A program made the translations under genes and the position numbers. This document shows, in pieces, positions 11,601 to 24,571 of a DNA stretch of 64,000 bases. The notes beneath the pieces are model-generated. The model saw only the letters and a list, made by a program, of their open reading frames with translations. It searched no databases and had not been told where the DNA came from. Origin of the DNA: Enoplolaimus lenunculus (Eukaryota); NCBI GenBank assembly GCA_030248215.1, contig JASANG010000957.1:124001-188000 (forward strand), given 5' to 3'. How positions within the stretch are numbered: the first letter of the stretch is position 1; the number at the start of each line of letters is the position of its first letter.

Positions 11601-13910
11601 TAGACTTAGGCTTAGGCTTCGGCATAGGAATATGCTCATTCTTACGCTTAGGCTTAGACTTAGGCTTAGGCTTCGGCATAGGAATATGCTCATTCTTACG
11701 CTTAGGCTTAGACTTAGGCTTAGGCTTAGGCATAGGAATATGCTCATTCTTACGCTTAGGCTTAGACTTAGGCTTAGGCTTAGGCATAGGAATATGCTCA
11801 TTCTTACGCTTAGGCTTAGACTTAGGCTTAGGCTTCGGCATAGGAATATGCTCATTCGTCCGCTTAGGCTTAGACTTAGGCTTAGGCTTAGCAATATGCT
11901 CGTAATACTGTTCCGCCCCTGTTGTTTACATTGGCCAAAATGTGTAAAGTGTTTTGTATTTTTGACACGTTTCCTAAACGTTGACAAACATTTTTGCCCG
12001 TTCGCTTCGACAAGGGCATCTTCGATTATTCGTTTTTTGAAATTGAAAACATGGCTAAACGATTTACGGTGAATTCAGTTCAAATTTGAGTAAAATAATT
12101 TGTGACAAAATGCTTTCGTTTGGAATTTTTGAAATAAAGTTTGCCAAAGTTGTTTATTTTGCTTTAGTTACCTGGTCCATCTGTTTCGTTGATCCTGTAT
12201 AGAAGACCACCAGTCGGTGAGTTTGTCATACATACTGAAAACAGAACACTGATATTAACGAAAAAATTTTATTCTTAATTTCTGACCCCAATTAAAATCC
12301 TTACAAAATTTAATAATATATTTTGTCCAATCATTATTAAAGATCTTTCATTATTTTCAGTATTAATTTAAACTAGTCAGCCGGTTTCGCACAATACGCA
12401 AAAGTTAGCGAATGCACAACAATCTGCATGCAAATTTGCTTTTCACAGAACAATCACGTTTTTGTTGTATTAACAAAATATTGTAAACAAACTTATGCTG
12501 GAAACGTTGCACAAAATACGTATATGGACAATCTCAGCTTTAAAATGCTATATATTGCCAATATCTGTTATTTTCAGCTTAAATGATTTCAGGTTTACAA
12601 TTTTGCATAAAATCTGAGTACTTTAGTGACCCGAATAAGAGGGGGGACTGATAACTATTTGGCCTCTCCAGAGGGTTCCCCCGCTGTTATTCGGTTACGG
12701 ACTGTTATTTATTTTGAACCCGCCTTTCGCCACCCTTCGTTACTGATATATATCCGCTGTTGCAACTATCCGTTGAATTGAACGTTTTTTGAGTTGTATC
12801 AAAAGCTTGAGCGATAATGCAAGGTTATACTTTGGAAAGCTACTTTCAAAATTTCCGTACACATTAAAATTCGAACACAAGTTTATTTTGTCCTGGAGTC
12901 ACTTATGCGCTACAATTAGGGATAATTGGCATTTATGGACAATAAAGTGGGTTAAGGGACTCTATCTGCTTACGGACTCTTATTAGAGATCCGGATTCCT
13001 ATTGATTGGGACGCAAAATTGGGACCCCCTCTAATTCGGGTCACTATAGTATTAACTGTGCTAAATTTTGTACACTCACCGTACACAGGTTTTAAGTTGC
13101 TTGCGCTATTTTTTTAACTGGTGATCGATGCTACACACATTTGAGAATACTGACTCCGCGCAATAAAGCCGAAAGCACAAATTTGAATCTCGAACCTGTT
13201 TGAGTAATCCAATTACTCAGAGTTCTAAATTAAATCTTATCAGCATTTACCAATAAACTTACCGAGTCACGATTGTCGTCGAGTTGGGTGTTGAATAATA
13301 TTTCGGTCTTAGATCTCTGACCCTTACGCTAACAATGGTAATGTACAAAATTTCATGATTGTACTCTCCAAAACGAAGCTTTTTTCTACTTTTTGGCTTA
13401 TTACAACCTTAAAAGCCTTCTGGTGCGCTCGTTTGGAAAATGTGGTCGGCCATGGCCGAACCGGCCAGACCTGCCGTACCGCCGCCAGCAGCATTGAAAG
13501 TAATAGAAGACGCCTACACAGTAAATTTTGAGTGAGTTGATTTTAACTCAGAATGAGTTCAGTCACTCAGTCTGAGTTAGGACTATCAGAACTTAGAATT
13601 CTCAGTTGATTCAATTCATTTTGAGCTAATGAATCAACTTACACATAGTCAACTCAACGTCAGACTGAGAATCAACTCAATTCAGAGTGAGTTAATGTTT
13701 ACAGATATTAATTCAGAAATAACTAACTCACTCGCCGAATTGATTAATCAACTCATTGAAATTTACAGTGTAATACTTACAAGCATTGGTTACTTGAGCC
13801 TGAGTTTTGTAATATGACAACAGACACATCACCGCAACAGCTGTCGCAAGCCAGATTTTGCCAGAATTCCATTGGATTACACCGCAGCCAGTTATTTTTG
13901 AGCATTTCAT
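2623..13910 (-). CDS. PCDH15: Protocadherin-15 / Cad99C-like cadherin, 5' part (signal peptide + EC1, EC2, start of EC3); gene continues beyond the left edge
   Basis: Nine minus-strand exons with AG/GT borders and compatible phases: 13910-13781, 12234-12172, 10623-10481, 9560-9492, 7052-6963, 5171-5061, 4416-4303, 3289-3113, 2719-2623. Spliced product: MKCSKITGCGVIQWNSGKIWLATAVAVMCLLSYYKTQAQVTNALCMTN...RPIDRE...VRCN...VDDINDNGPTF...VIDND...LDYE...AAID...VLDSNDQPPRFLHPDC...PC...ITATDPD. It has the cadherin Ca2+ motifs DRE/LDYE, DxNDN and AxD. The Cys pair in EC1 and the Cys loop at the start of EC3 resemble PCDH15/Cad99C (orthology from remembered motifs). Confidence 0.85.
3958..4220 (+). mobile_element. 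piggyBac-type MITE with tRNA-like A/B boxes
   Basis: TTAA flanks (3954-3957, 4221-4224); TIR CCCTTTCACTCAT / ATGTGAGAAAGGG; internal GCTCCTATAGCTCAGTGG...GATCGAATC. Confidence 0.8.
5282..5729. mobile_element. Tc2/pogo-like MITE
   Basis: TA TSD within GCC-TA-AGCCTAA; family TIRs. Confidence 0.8.
8166..8611. mobile_element. hAT-type MITE with (ACCGGA)n subterminal repeats
   Basis: TIR CAG(G/C)GTGCAACCGGAATT; perfect 8-bp TSD GGAACCTT. Confidence 0.85.
8970..9487. mobile_element. Harbinger-like MITE containing a GC-rich 20-bp minisatellite
   Basis: TTA on both sides (8967-8969, 9488-9490); ends GGGTT...CTATACT / AGTATAG...AACCC (12/15 match). Confidence 0.65.
9001..9355 (+). repeat. Tandem repeat (ACGCTACCGGATGCCGCCGG)n, ~17 units
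   Basis: Directly visible 20-bp period built from two 10-bp variants. Confidence 0.95.
9605..9813. mobile_element. Telomeric-repeat MITE (Merlin-like)
   Basis: GGCCCATG..CATGGGCC ends, TSD AAAGGTTC/AAAGTTTC, internal (TTAGGC)n. Confidence 0.8.
10699..11207. mobile_element. Telomeric-repeat MITE with internally expanded (GCCTAA)n minisatellite
   Basis: Family TIRs (left one degenerate); ~7 units of GCGTAAGAATGAGC(C/A)TATA(CCTAAG)n. Confidence 0.75.
11355..11936. mobile_element. Telomeric-repeat MITE with 8 x 54-bp internal tandem array
   Basis: TIR variant ..TAAAGATCAGGGGCGGAAC; CATAGGAATATG units start at 11467, 11521, 11569, 11623, 11677, 11731, 11785, 11839. Confidence 0.8.
13517..13770. 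mobile_element. ~250-bp CACTG MITE (CMC/EnSpm-like), representative of >=25 copies
   Basis: TIR CACTGTAAATT(T/C)CA(G/A)TGAGTTGATT, 2-bp TSD, many internal TGAGTT/AACTCA motifs. Other copies start near 16416, 17001, 21786, 22167, 24572, 25580, 26783, 27106, 27755, 28960, 29165, 29634, 30457, 30908, 31523, 53172, 53628, 55825, 56307, 57105, 57530, 58307, 59263, 62437, 63110. Confidence 0.85.
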
Positions 13911-14416
13911 GGTGAATAAGTGAAGAATTAACGAAATTTGGTTAATTTTTGCATATTTGAATATTATATATTTATTAATTATTCATAATTTTAACGAATT
14001 GTCATCTGGTTACTGTAAAATATAATTGAAACAGGTGCAGTAAGCATGCAGGGCGCGCCGATTTTTAGGACCACAGACGTCCTGGTTCTGTAAATTTGAC
14101 TTTGTCCAGAAATAGGTTTGATGTGAAATATGGGCATAATTTGCTAATAACACATGTAAGCAATATGGCATTTACCTGCATATATTTACGTGTTTTGTAG
14201 AAACTGCTATTCACTCGACAACTCGTCGACCGACAACTTGTATTCCGAAATTTCATCAACTCGACATTTTGTCACCCATCATTATACTTAGGCTTACTCT
14301 TACCCTTACGATTATGATTAGATTTTTTCATAGGCTTAAGGATAATGTTGTGCAACCTGTTGTTTGGTGACGAATTGACGTAGATTTGTGCAAACAACGT
14401 ATATATAGCAAAGGTA

Positions 14417-14844
14417 CTGTAGTGACCCGAATAAGAGGGGGACTGATATTTATTTGGCCTCTGCGGAGGGTGCCCCCTTGTTATTTGGTTACGGACTGTT
14501 ATTTATTTTTAACCCACGCTCTGCCGCCCTTCTTTACTGATATATATCCGGTACTGCAATTATCGGTTGAATTAAACGTTTATTTGTCTTGTGTCAATAG
14601 CTTGAGCGATAATACAAGGATATACTTAGGAATGTACTTTCAAAATTTAAGTACGCTTTAAAGTTTCGAACTCAAATTGTTTGGTCCTGGAGTCATTTAT
14701 GCGCTACCATTAGGGTTAATTGACATTTATGGACTCTAATTAGGGTTTAGGGACTCTTATTAGGGATACGGACTCCAATTGATTCGGACTCAAAATGGGG
14801 ACCCCCTCTTAATACCCCTCCTCCTCTTATTCGGGTCAATACAG
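14417..14844. mobile_element. Tc2/pogo-like MITE
   Basis: TA TSD; family TIRs. Confidence 0.8.
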
Positions 14845-16011
14845 TATACAATCCTGTCATCACAAAATCCCAGCGTCCCGACTGTAAACTGATAGTTTTT
14901 TTTGTGGAATTTTGGGATTGCGGAATTTTGTCAGTCCAGTGTTATTCATCGCAACCAATTTTAAGATTCTATGCAATCTCGAAAAAGTGGTCAACCTTCG
15001 ACCATTAGCCGGAAATCCCAAAATCCTAATTGCTACGTCAAAATCTTACATGGGAAGGTAGGATTTTAGAACAGCAGTGAAGTTAATATAGGCCAGTTAA
15101 GAAATATACTAAAATTAGCACATTACTGTCTGTAATAGCTTGCGGAAATGAGCTTATGGCTAATCCAGTTTCTCTGTACGCCGCTGTATTACACTAATCC
15201 GAGATAGCTTTATGAATGAATATCTTCGAGTAATACTACAATTATGTCTAGGAAATTTTATAACGAGCTCAAAACCTAGAAACGACCGCGAGTACGCTTT
15301 GATACTTTGCAAAGGCCGTACACAAATTAAACTGGATGATGCATAAAAACGATTAAGGTTTTCACTGTTAATTTTTCAACTTGAATTTGGTTATTTAAAT
15401 TCAATTACAAAAATTTGCTAATTTTTGTTCAGTTCGCTGGCTTATTTTCAAGCTGGGCAAAAGTTTAGCCCAAACCGATTCTTTTAGGCCAAATTGAAAC
15501 TTTCGGACATGAGCTGATGAACGCGCCGGCACCAACTTGTTCTGTGAGTCCTGAAGGAACCCGGGTTATTTCGATTTCCAGGCATCACGGATGCCGGTGA
15601 CCGTAATAGAACATAAACTTATCGATGTCTCTTCAAATCCAACGAGTTTCAATGTATTAAAATTACTGTTTGCTACTCAACGAGCATTCAAAATTTCAAA
15701 AATACTAAATTTAAACTAGCGAATGAGTCAAAGTTTTAAATTTTTAAAACATTTAAATCCAAGACCGCATCGGCAAGGAGTGACGCAAAACGGGCGGTGC
15801 CCTTGAGGACATCTTACCCCCGCTTTGTGGCGGAAAATTCATTCTTCAGGGATAAAAAAGTTCTATCAGGAAAAAATTTTCTCAAATCAAAAAGTTCGTA
15901 TACGTCTTTGCTAGCAATTTCTGGTTTACAACGGTTTTTTTGTAAGTTTTTTTCAACAATAATATTTCCGTTGAGATTATTGCGAGCATATTTTTAGGGT
16001 ATTGTACGAGT

Positions 16012-16160
16012 GGCCCATGTATAGAACACGGCCGGAACAGCAGTATAAGCATATTCCTAAGCCCAAGCCTAAAGCCTAAGCAAAAATATTAGTCTAAAGC
16101 CTAAACTGACTCTATTATAGCCCCTCCGAAAACGTTCCGGCCGTGTTCTATACATGGGCC
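16012..16160. mobile_element. Merlin-like MITE carrying (GCCTAA)n telomeric repeats; cleanest copy
   Basis: 27-bp perfect TIR GGCCCATGTATAGAACACGGCCGGAAC; perfect 8-bp TSD GTACGAGT (16004-16011, 16161-16168); internal CCTAAGCC repeats. Confidence 0.85.
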
Positions 16161-17506
16161 GTACGAGTGATAGGTATTTTATAAACCGGAAATGATAAAA
16201 TAAAATATTTAAAATTCAGTTCACAAAACATCGCAAAATTTAAGTTTCAAAAAAAGTTCAAAATACTGCATTGCAATTAAAATTATGCAACAGCTGTGAC
16301 TCATATTGCAGTCATGGGGGTATTGTATACAAGTCCGTCAGACAAATTCTTCGGCCTTTGTTATCAGTTCATTTGTTATCAATTCAAATAATGGGTGTAT
16401 CATGTGTGCACGGTACACTGTAAATTTCAGCGAGTTAATTTTAATTCAGAATGAGTTGAATCGCTCAGTCTGAGTTAGGACTATCAGAACTCAGAAGTTT
16501 GAGTTGAATCAGATCATCGTGAATTAATTGATCAACTCACTATGAGTCAACTCAACTCAAAGTGGGAATCAACTCAACTCAGAGTGAGTCAATGTTTACT
16601 GGTATTAATTCAGAAATAACCAACTCGCTAAATGAATTGATCAATCAACTCATTGAAATTTACAGTGTATACATAAGCAAAGCAAAATAATGCCGCACGC
16701 AAATAAAAGTTGGTCAGCCTGCGCCATCCCGCAAGGAATGTTTTTAATGCTGTTCCTTACGGCCCCGTGGGAACCCCACGGAAAACTCTTTCACCAATTG
16801 CACCACGTGCGTGAAAAATATTTTCCGCTAAATTTCGAGCTAAAAATTCCAAAACCGAAAGAAATTTTCCAAATTCGGGTTCCAACGGTATACCGAACAG
16901 GGTACATTGTGTAATGGTTTCATTTATGTTCGGGCCATTCAAACGGAATAAACAACAGTTTTCCACCTAAAATATCAATTAAAGTTCACCCTCAGGGTAT
17001 CACTGTAAATTTCAGTTAGTTGATCTTAACTCAGAATGAGTTGAACCTACTCAGAAGTCTGAACTGTGAATTAGGTCTTTCAGATTTCAGAATTCTGAAT
17101 TGATTGAACTCAGTCTGAGTTAATTAATCAAACTCATCCAGAGTCATCTCAACTCAGAACAAAAATCAGCTCAACTCAGAGTGAATTAATGTTTACTGGT
17201 ATTAATCCAGAAATAGTCAACTTGCTAGCTAGAATTGATCAATCAACTCATTGAAATTTAGTGTATTGCTAATTTTTTCCTGTTCATAAAACAACTACAA
17301 GTGCTCAGAGGGTCAACACAGACACTACTTAAGAAATCATTTAAAATTTGATATTTTTAGACAATCAGAATTTCTAGGAGTAGTTTAAAAAATCAAAACT
17401 TGAACCGAACAAATATTACACAACGCAGAAACATTGCAAACACATTGTCAATATTTTAAACTTAATTTTTAAGCTAAAATTGAAAAAAAAAACAATTGAA
17501 TATTAG

Positions 17507-17699
17507 GGCAAATGTTACTTTAAGGGACGTAACACTAGATTAAGCGTATTCCTAAGCCTAAGTCTTTAAGCCTAAGCGTTGCAAAAATGTGTTCCTAAGC
17601 CTAAGCCTAAGCCTAAGCAAAAAAATGTAATCTAGTATCTAAACCTACTCTTTTGTTGACCCACCAGAAACCTAGACGCCCCTTAAAGTAACATGGGCC
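17507..17699. mobile_element. Telomeric-repeat MITE, ATGTTACTTTAAGGGGCGT subfamily
   Basis: TIRs plus TSD AATATTAG/AATAGTAG; siblings at 50587-50761 and 61730-62360. Confidence 0.8.
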
Positions 17700-20600
17700 A
17701 ATAGTAGAATAGCTTCGCCTTTATAGACGCTCGTATAAACACGGACTCGCGTTGTTGGAAACCGTTTTGATTGCATAAGCCAGTTGCCAAGGGCGCAGTC
17801 AAAAAGTCAGTCCATAAAACCGTGTATGAAAGTAAATTTTGACGCCTGTCTCTCGTATACAGAAGTTAATCGAAAGTTTTACTTTTAAATATTGTTTCAG
17901 AAATTTCAAATGGACATATATTCCAGCTATCTCGTGCCTTGTATACTCTACTGACTGACGTATCACTACACTATTAAGGCAATAGAGTTTACATTTTATG
18001 CAGTTCACCTATCTGTTTCAAGCCGACTGCTACTTAAAACTTTAAGAAACGACTTTAATTGAGAAATATTAATATATAGTTTTTCACTAAACTCATCGTT
18101 CTGTAGTTAGTTTTAGGGGTTTCAGTGCAAAAATGTGTTGAATATCGGTCAATGTAAAGATCAGGGGCGGATCGTTTTTCTGTGTGACTGCAATAGAGTA
18201 AGATTAAGCTTTAGACGATGTTTATTGCTTGACTTAGGCTAGGTTTACGCTTAGGTATAAAAATATGCTCGTTCCATAGCATAGGCTTAGGCGTAGGCTT
18301 AGGCTTAGGGATATGCTTATAATACTGTTCCGCCACTGTTCGTTACATTAGCCGAACAAACGAAAAATACTTCATTCGTTGTAGGCTATAATCAATCTAT
18401 ATTAGTAAAACTGGAACGTTGTACATACGTATTTTGGGCAGAGTTCCAGCATTTGTAGTGAATGTTTCATATATAAACAAAATGCACATACATGCAAATT
18501 AGAACACATTCTTAATAAGTTTTGTGAGGAATATTTGTGGGTTGCAAATTTGGTAACTACTTCTTTATATGTCTCGTGTTATGTCTATTCAAGTCAGTAG
18601 CATAAAAAATTATTTTTGCACAGAATATTAATTTTTGTTTTTGCACTATCTATTGACAGAGGCGGGTCCGCAAATTTCAAACGGGGGGCGGGCTGGCAAA
18701 TGTTATGAAACGCAAATATTGCAAAATAGAGACTTTATCAATTTGTCATCAAAAAATTTTCTGACGGTGGAAAACATCACAGATTTCTAGAAACGTTTCA
18801 ATACTGAATTTCAATATATCGACTGGATTCTTGAGGATAAACATGACTTTGAACTTAGTAGTAGCAAGAGTGGACGATGCATACTAACAAGAGCATGCAC
18901 CTGGGTATATTCGGTGTAGACAATAATGTATCCGGCACGTGTTGCGTTTTTGGTCTGCCCCCCCCTTTATTTAGAGGGGTACAACCTATCTGATCCATGA
19001 CTCTTTATCTATGCTCCAACAAAATGCTCCGATTATAATTTAATTTTTGGTTATTGCATGTGACAGCAACCCCCTGTAAACAAGGGGGTCGGCCAAAAAC
19101 GCAACGCCCGGTGGTACATTTTGTACCATGCGGAACCCAATGAGTTGCACACTCGTGTATCAGGCACTCTTTGTAGTAGAAAGTGAGGATAATGCTCTTA
19201 TAACAAGAGTGTGTAACTGGTTGCATTCTGTGTACAAAAAAGTTACTCAGCGCATGTTGCGTTTTTGTCCTGCTCCCGCTTATATAAAGGAGGGTACAAA
19301 TTGTGCGAACCATGGCACTGTACGTATACGGCATCAAAAATACTCCGTTTATAGCTTAATTTAGGGGTATTGCATGTTAATCGACCCCTCAAAATAGTTT
19401 GGGTACGGCGAAAACGCAACGCCTGCTGATACACTGTGTACCATGCATCTCTGAGATAGTTGCAGACTTTTGTTTATTATCCGCTTTTAGTAGTACAAAG
19501 GGCGAAAGATGTGTGGAAGCACCAAAGAAAATTGCCAAACCTACTACCGACTAATGTCGCTGATTCGTTCAAAACACGGGCCAATGTATACAACAGTATC
19601 GTAACAGTAGTATAAGCATATTAGCCGAATTCTAAGTGTATGAATACGCTTATATCTAAGCCTAAACCAAAGCCAACGCAAAAATAATTACTCTAAAGGT
19701 TAAGCTTACTCTATAAAGTCCCGCAGAAAAACGTTGCGCCCCTGATCTTTACATGCGCCGAAAAACGTACAGCAGCGAGTAGTGTCATTAAAAATAACAC
19801 TCAAACATAACAAACATTTTAAAAACTTCATAGTTGTAACACTGCAGGACAGAGGTTATAGTAAAATTATTAAACGAATATATTTGAACTGAAATTGAAA
19901 TAACTATTTTTTCAATGAATTTCACTGCTCATTCTATAGCTCAGTCGAGCTGAGTCGATGCCAGTGATGTATTTAGGATTTAGTTTCAAGAGGGTTTAAA
20001 CTTCAACTATTAAACTTTAAAATCTAAAATAATTATATATTCTAAATTTTACCAAAAATTACCACGACTGATTGATTTATCAATTCCGCTACCCTGTATA
20101 CAACCCTTGATTATTCGATCCAAAGTTCAAAATTGAACAAAAGCAAAATATTTTAGTAAAAAAATTGCAGAATTTTTACATTCGTGTTCCAATTTATGAT
20201 TTTTTTAAAATTGCAAATTTCCGCCTAACGGATAGTTTTCAGTTTAACTTTCAAACTGATTTCGGCAGCCGATTCAGTTTAAGCAAACACACACATTCAA
20301 AAAGTTACCTGGTGTACGCATGATATTGTGGAACTTGCGTGTGAGTCAACGAACAACACAAAAATATAATGGATGATAGAACTTCCATGCGGATAATATC
20401 TGCCCTCGTAAAAAAATTTTTCGGACCTATGGAAAATGTAATCCGGCCCATGGGAAAGGTTTGATCCGGTATAGTTTGTTGTGGCTGTTGTGCACCTGCA
20501 TGAGATACACAAGAAATGAGTTTGGCACAAGCTCTAACCTTTATTAATAATGCATCTTCTACAATAATACTTATACAAAATGAAAAATCCATTCCACAAC

Positions 20601-20719
20601 ATCAAAATTTGAAATGAAATTTTAATTTACATTGGAATGCATTTGCACTTTATAATAATAAATCAATATACTTTCAAAGCATTTAAGCAATAAATTAAGC
20701 ATATATCACCTGGAGTACG

Positions 20720-21470
20720 AAATTAAATAAATAACCAACAAACTCACAGATAAACAAACAAACAAACAGACAGACAAACAAAGAAATAGACAAGTAAACA
20801 AACAAACGTACAAGAATGAATAAAATAAGTAATGCACAGAAATGAAACGTTTGAAAAATCAAATTAAGAGAAACTTAAAATAATAGCCTATATATAATAA
20901 ATAACAAACAAAAAATAGAACATCAAAATAAAAACGTGCAAAACCAGCATAAAATTAACTAAAAATAAAGCAAACATTGAAAATCTGTTAAGACAAAAAA
21001 TCAGATCACAAAACAAACAAATAAAAAAATAACCAAGCAAACAAGAAACAAAAAACTGACAGCAAACTGATTAACAAACAAACAAACAAAAAACAAAGCA
21101 AACAACAAAAAACAACAAATCTGACAACAAACTGACTAACAAACAGACAGAGAAACAAACAAACAAACAAACAAACAAACAAATGGTCAGCCAAATAAAG
21201 TAGTAAATATTTAAGCAACACAATTAAACTATGCAATCATCAATGCAACCAATATAAAGAAACCAACAGTCAAAGCAACAAACGCACAAAAAGACAAACA
21301 ACCATAAAAACCAGAGCAAACAAACCAACAAACAAAGCAGCTAAAACCAACAAACAAACAAACAACCTGACAGACATACAAATAATTAAACAAAAAATAA
21401 ATAAACAAAAAATAAATAAGCAAAGAAACCAAAAAAATAGACAAAAGTAATGAAATAAATGAACAAACAG
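20720..21470 (+). repeat. Degenerate (AAAC)n low-complexity tract
   Basis: A/C-rich AAAC/AAAT iterations. Confidence 0.85.
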
Positions 21471-21785
21471 CGACGTAAGCTTCACGTTTAACATGAAAAA
21501 AGGCCTGTAGAATTGAAAACTTGGAACAATATTTGCACAAAACAAAGTTTAAGATCAGTTGCAAACGCGCTGAGCACTACTTGACGGACTGCATTGCATA
21601 AAAGTATACGGCAATTGCTAACATTTCAAAATTATTGCTGATTGCAAACGCAAGACTGCCGATGTTTTAGCTTAAAACGCAAGATGTCACGTTGCGTCAC
21701 CGTTAAGTACTTGGGCAAATAGTAAACATTTAAAGTTTAGTCGAAAAATATTTCAACTGTTCCGTTTTGAACCATTAGCTTAGTA

Positions 21786-22037
21786 CACTGTAAATTTCAG
21801 TGAGTTGATTTTAACTCAGAATGAGTTCAGTCACTCAGTCTGAGTTAGGACTATCAGAACTCAGAGGTTTGAGTTGATTCAACACATTCTGAGTAAATTA
21901 ACTAGCCCAACCAGAGTCAATTCAACTGTGATTGAGAATCAAATCAACTCAAAGTGAGTTAATGTTTACTGATATTAATTCAGAAATAACCAACTCGCTA
22001 GCTGAATTGATTAATCAACTCATTTGAATTTACAGTG
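21786..22037. mobile_element. CACTG MITE
   Basis: TA|CACTGTAAATTTCAG...AATTTACAGTG|TA. Confidence 0.85.
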
Positions 22038-22566
22038 TAAGTTTCGATTAACATTCCGTGGACGATGTATAGAACAGGGCCGTAACACGAGTATAAGCAT
22101 ATTCCTAAGCGTAAGCCTTAAAGTTAAGCGTAGGCAAAAAAATTATTGTAAACGTTTAAGCTTTTACACTGTAAATTCCAGCGAGTTGATTTCAACTCAT
22201 ACTGAGTTGAATCATTCAGTCTGAGCCAGAACTATCAGAACTCATAATTCTGAGTTGATATAACTCATTGTGATTTAATTAACCAACTTTCCCGGAATCC
22301 AGGCAACTCAGAGTAAGAATAAAAGCGGATTTAATTCCAGGTGAGTTTATTAACTCAAGATGAATTCAAACAATCCACAATTGTGAGTTCTGAAAGACAT
22401 AATTCAGAGCTCATACTTCTGCGTAGATTCAACTCATTCTGAGTTAAAATCAACTCACAAGAATTTACAGTGAAGAAGCGAAACGTAAACTCATTTGCTA
22501 GTAATTTTTTTCATAAAAAATACGGTTTTTGCTGCGTAAGTTTTAACGTTTTGGTAAACATCACGA

Positions 22567-22805
22567 GGCCAATGTAAAGAACAGGGGCGGAACAGTATTA
22601 TAAGCTTATTCCTAAACCTAAGCCTAAGCCTAATCCTAAGCCTAAATCGAAGCCTAAGCCTAACCCTAAGCCTAAGCCTAAGCCTAATCCTAATTCAAAG
22701 CCTAAGCCTAAGCCTAAGCTAAGCAAAAAAATTCGTCTAAGGCTTAAGCTTATTCTATTGTAGTCCCACAGAAAAACGTTTACGCCCTTGATCTATGCAT
22801 GGGCA
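22567..22805. mobile_element. Telomeric-repeat MITE with ~18 hexamer units
   Basis: Family TIRs; long degenerate (CCTAAG)n 22611-22722. Further copies at ~18148-18353, 19579-19758, 24460-24901, 34713-34893, 35237-35423. Confidence 0.75.
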
Positions 22806-23087
22806 ACATCATGGCATACAGTGCTCTCATTCCATAGATGCACCAACTTTTAGCATTACCCAATCCTGCCCTCCCGTACCAAATTCAATTTTATTAACTC
22901 TCAAACTATAACAGACAAGTTTTGTAAATTAAAATTTTGACAGATACTAAAATAGACATTTTAGCTTTACTAACAGAGAATCGAGTAGAATTATTTTGTT
23001 CCTTACATTTTACTCAGTTTTCACATCGTTTCAAAGTATACAAATATCAAAAAATTCCCTCGCCGGATTGTATAAAAAATTTTAATC

Positions 23088-23180
23088 TTATATATATGTA
23101 TATATATGTATATATATATTTATATATATTTATATATATATATTTATATATATTTATATATATTTATTTATTTTTATATA
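23088..23180. repeat. (AT)n microsatellite
   Basis: Directly visible. Confidence 0.9.
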
Positions 23181-24571
23181 AGCTTCAAATCACGCGCTTA
23201 TTAAGGGCAATGATGGTACGGAAGACAAATTTGAGTTTAAGTGCAAGAACGTTTCGATCCCTGTTCTATGCGATTAATAAGTAACATTGGAAAATATGCA
23301 AATATTGCTTCGAAACTGCAGTTGGTGCGATATTGCAAACTGACTGTAGTTGCAATTTAGAAGGTGAAAATGGGGATTTTGCGTAAAACCCCTGTATTTC
23401 ATCTACTCATTTATTATCAGTTAGATTTTTAGCGTTGCAATTCTTGTTTCGGTAGATATTGACAGCCAAAGCTATAGGTGCATGCCGAGTAAACTTAGCA
23501 TAAGTCTAAAGATAAGCGTTAATCTAAGCCTTAGTCTAGGGCCATACGTAAGCCTAAGCCTAAACCTAAGCATATGCCTGTGTTTTTCAGTCTCTGAGTC
23601 TTCCACTCCCACTGTGTCCCAGTAGACAGGTCCTTATACTTGACGTGGGTGGCTACTCAATTAGGTGATAGACGCTCCAAACTCTCAACCAGTTACTAAC
23701 CTTTATTCAGTGGCAAATCAAAAACTTTCGAGCGTACAAAATATTTTTTCTGTTTTTTTTTTAAATTTAAAGTCGATTTTTGTAAATATTTTGAAATCTT
23801 AAAATTTATCAAATGTTCTGCAGACGCAAAATTTTCAAAATAATCGTCACATTAACGCTGTATTGTTCAACTCATTGGCTAGAAATCATATTGACTTTTA
23901 GATTATCATCATTTGTGTCGTAAATTTTTCTAGCATAGCGAAGCCGAGCGCAATTCGCACCCCCGAATTCGTCATGGATCAGCCAATGATAATGCAGCAT
24001 TTAGAAATATATTTCAAATATTGGTTCCAAATCTAAATTTATTTGATACTTGTTCGGTCCCGTAGCCAAGGGGGAACCAGGGGAGCTCTGCCCCCTACAA
24101 AAATTATGGCACCCTGGAGAATTTTCAACCTTGCTTGTATAACTCATTGACAACCCTTAAATGCCTCTCCTGAAATGCTTTTAGCCCTCCTATCAAGGTG
24201 AGCTGCCTACGGGTCTATAACTTGTTTGACAGTGTGAAGTATTTTTGAATATTTCTGTAATTGTGCCATTTTTAGTTTACATTTTGCTTTCAAAATGTGA
24301 AATTTTAGGAGACGGGCGTGGCCTAGATTCTGGTTTAGGAAAGATGGTACATATTCATTTTGTTTCTTTAGGTCAGCTAGCATCATTTAGCTTATTTACA
24401 GATAAATAAAATGTCAAATTTATTTTGAAAGAATTCTTATTTTTAATAAGTTTTTCGTCGCATGTAAACATCATGGGCGGATCGTTTTTGAATGGGACTG
24501 TTATGGAGTACCTAAAGCTTAAATGCTCAGGGTCAGGTTTAGGTAAAGGTTTATTTTTACGATTAGGCTTA

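Noticed and set aside
11450..11890. Regularly spaced repeats resembling a CRISPR array (also 60005-60290 and 63499-64000)
   Set aside because: Units are contiguous with no unique spacers, there are no cas genes, and the context is eukaryotic.
10750..11890. True telomere or chromosome fusion point (head-to-head GCCTAA/TTAGGC)
   Set aside because: Each tract is bounded by the MITE TIRs and lies within an intact gene's intron.
10641..12072. ORFs rich in LRLRL / PKPKP / LSLSL / LGLGL
   Set aside because: Translations of telomeric hexamer arrays on both strands; not genes.
13080..13360. Splice-like signals on the minus strand in cadherin intron 1 (donors at 13079 and 13262)
   Set aside because: All frames tested contain stops, and exon 13910-13781 joins exon 12234 in phase with a signal peptide. 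Non-coding alternative exons are not excluded.
21006..21564. Hydrophobic F/L/V/C-rich ORFs
   Set aside because: Antisense translation of the (AAAC)n low-complexity tract.
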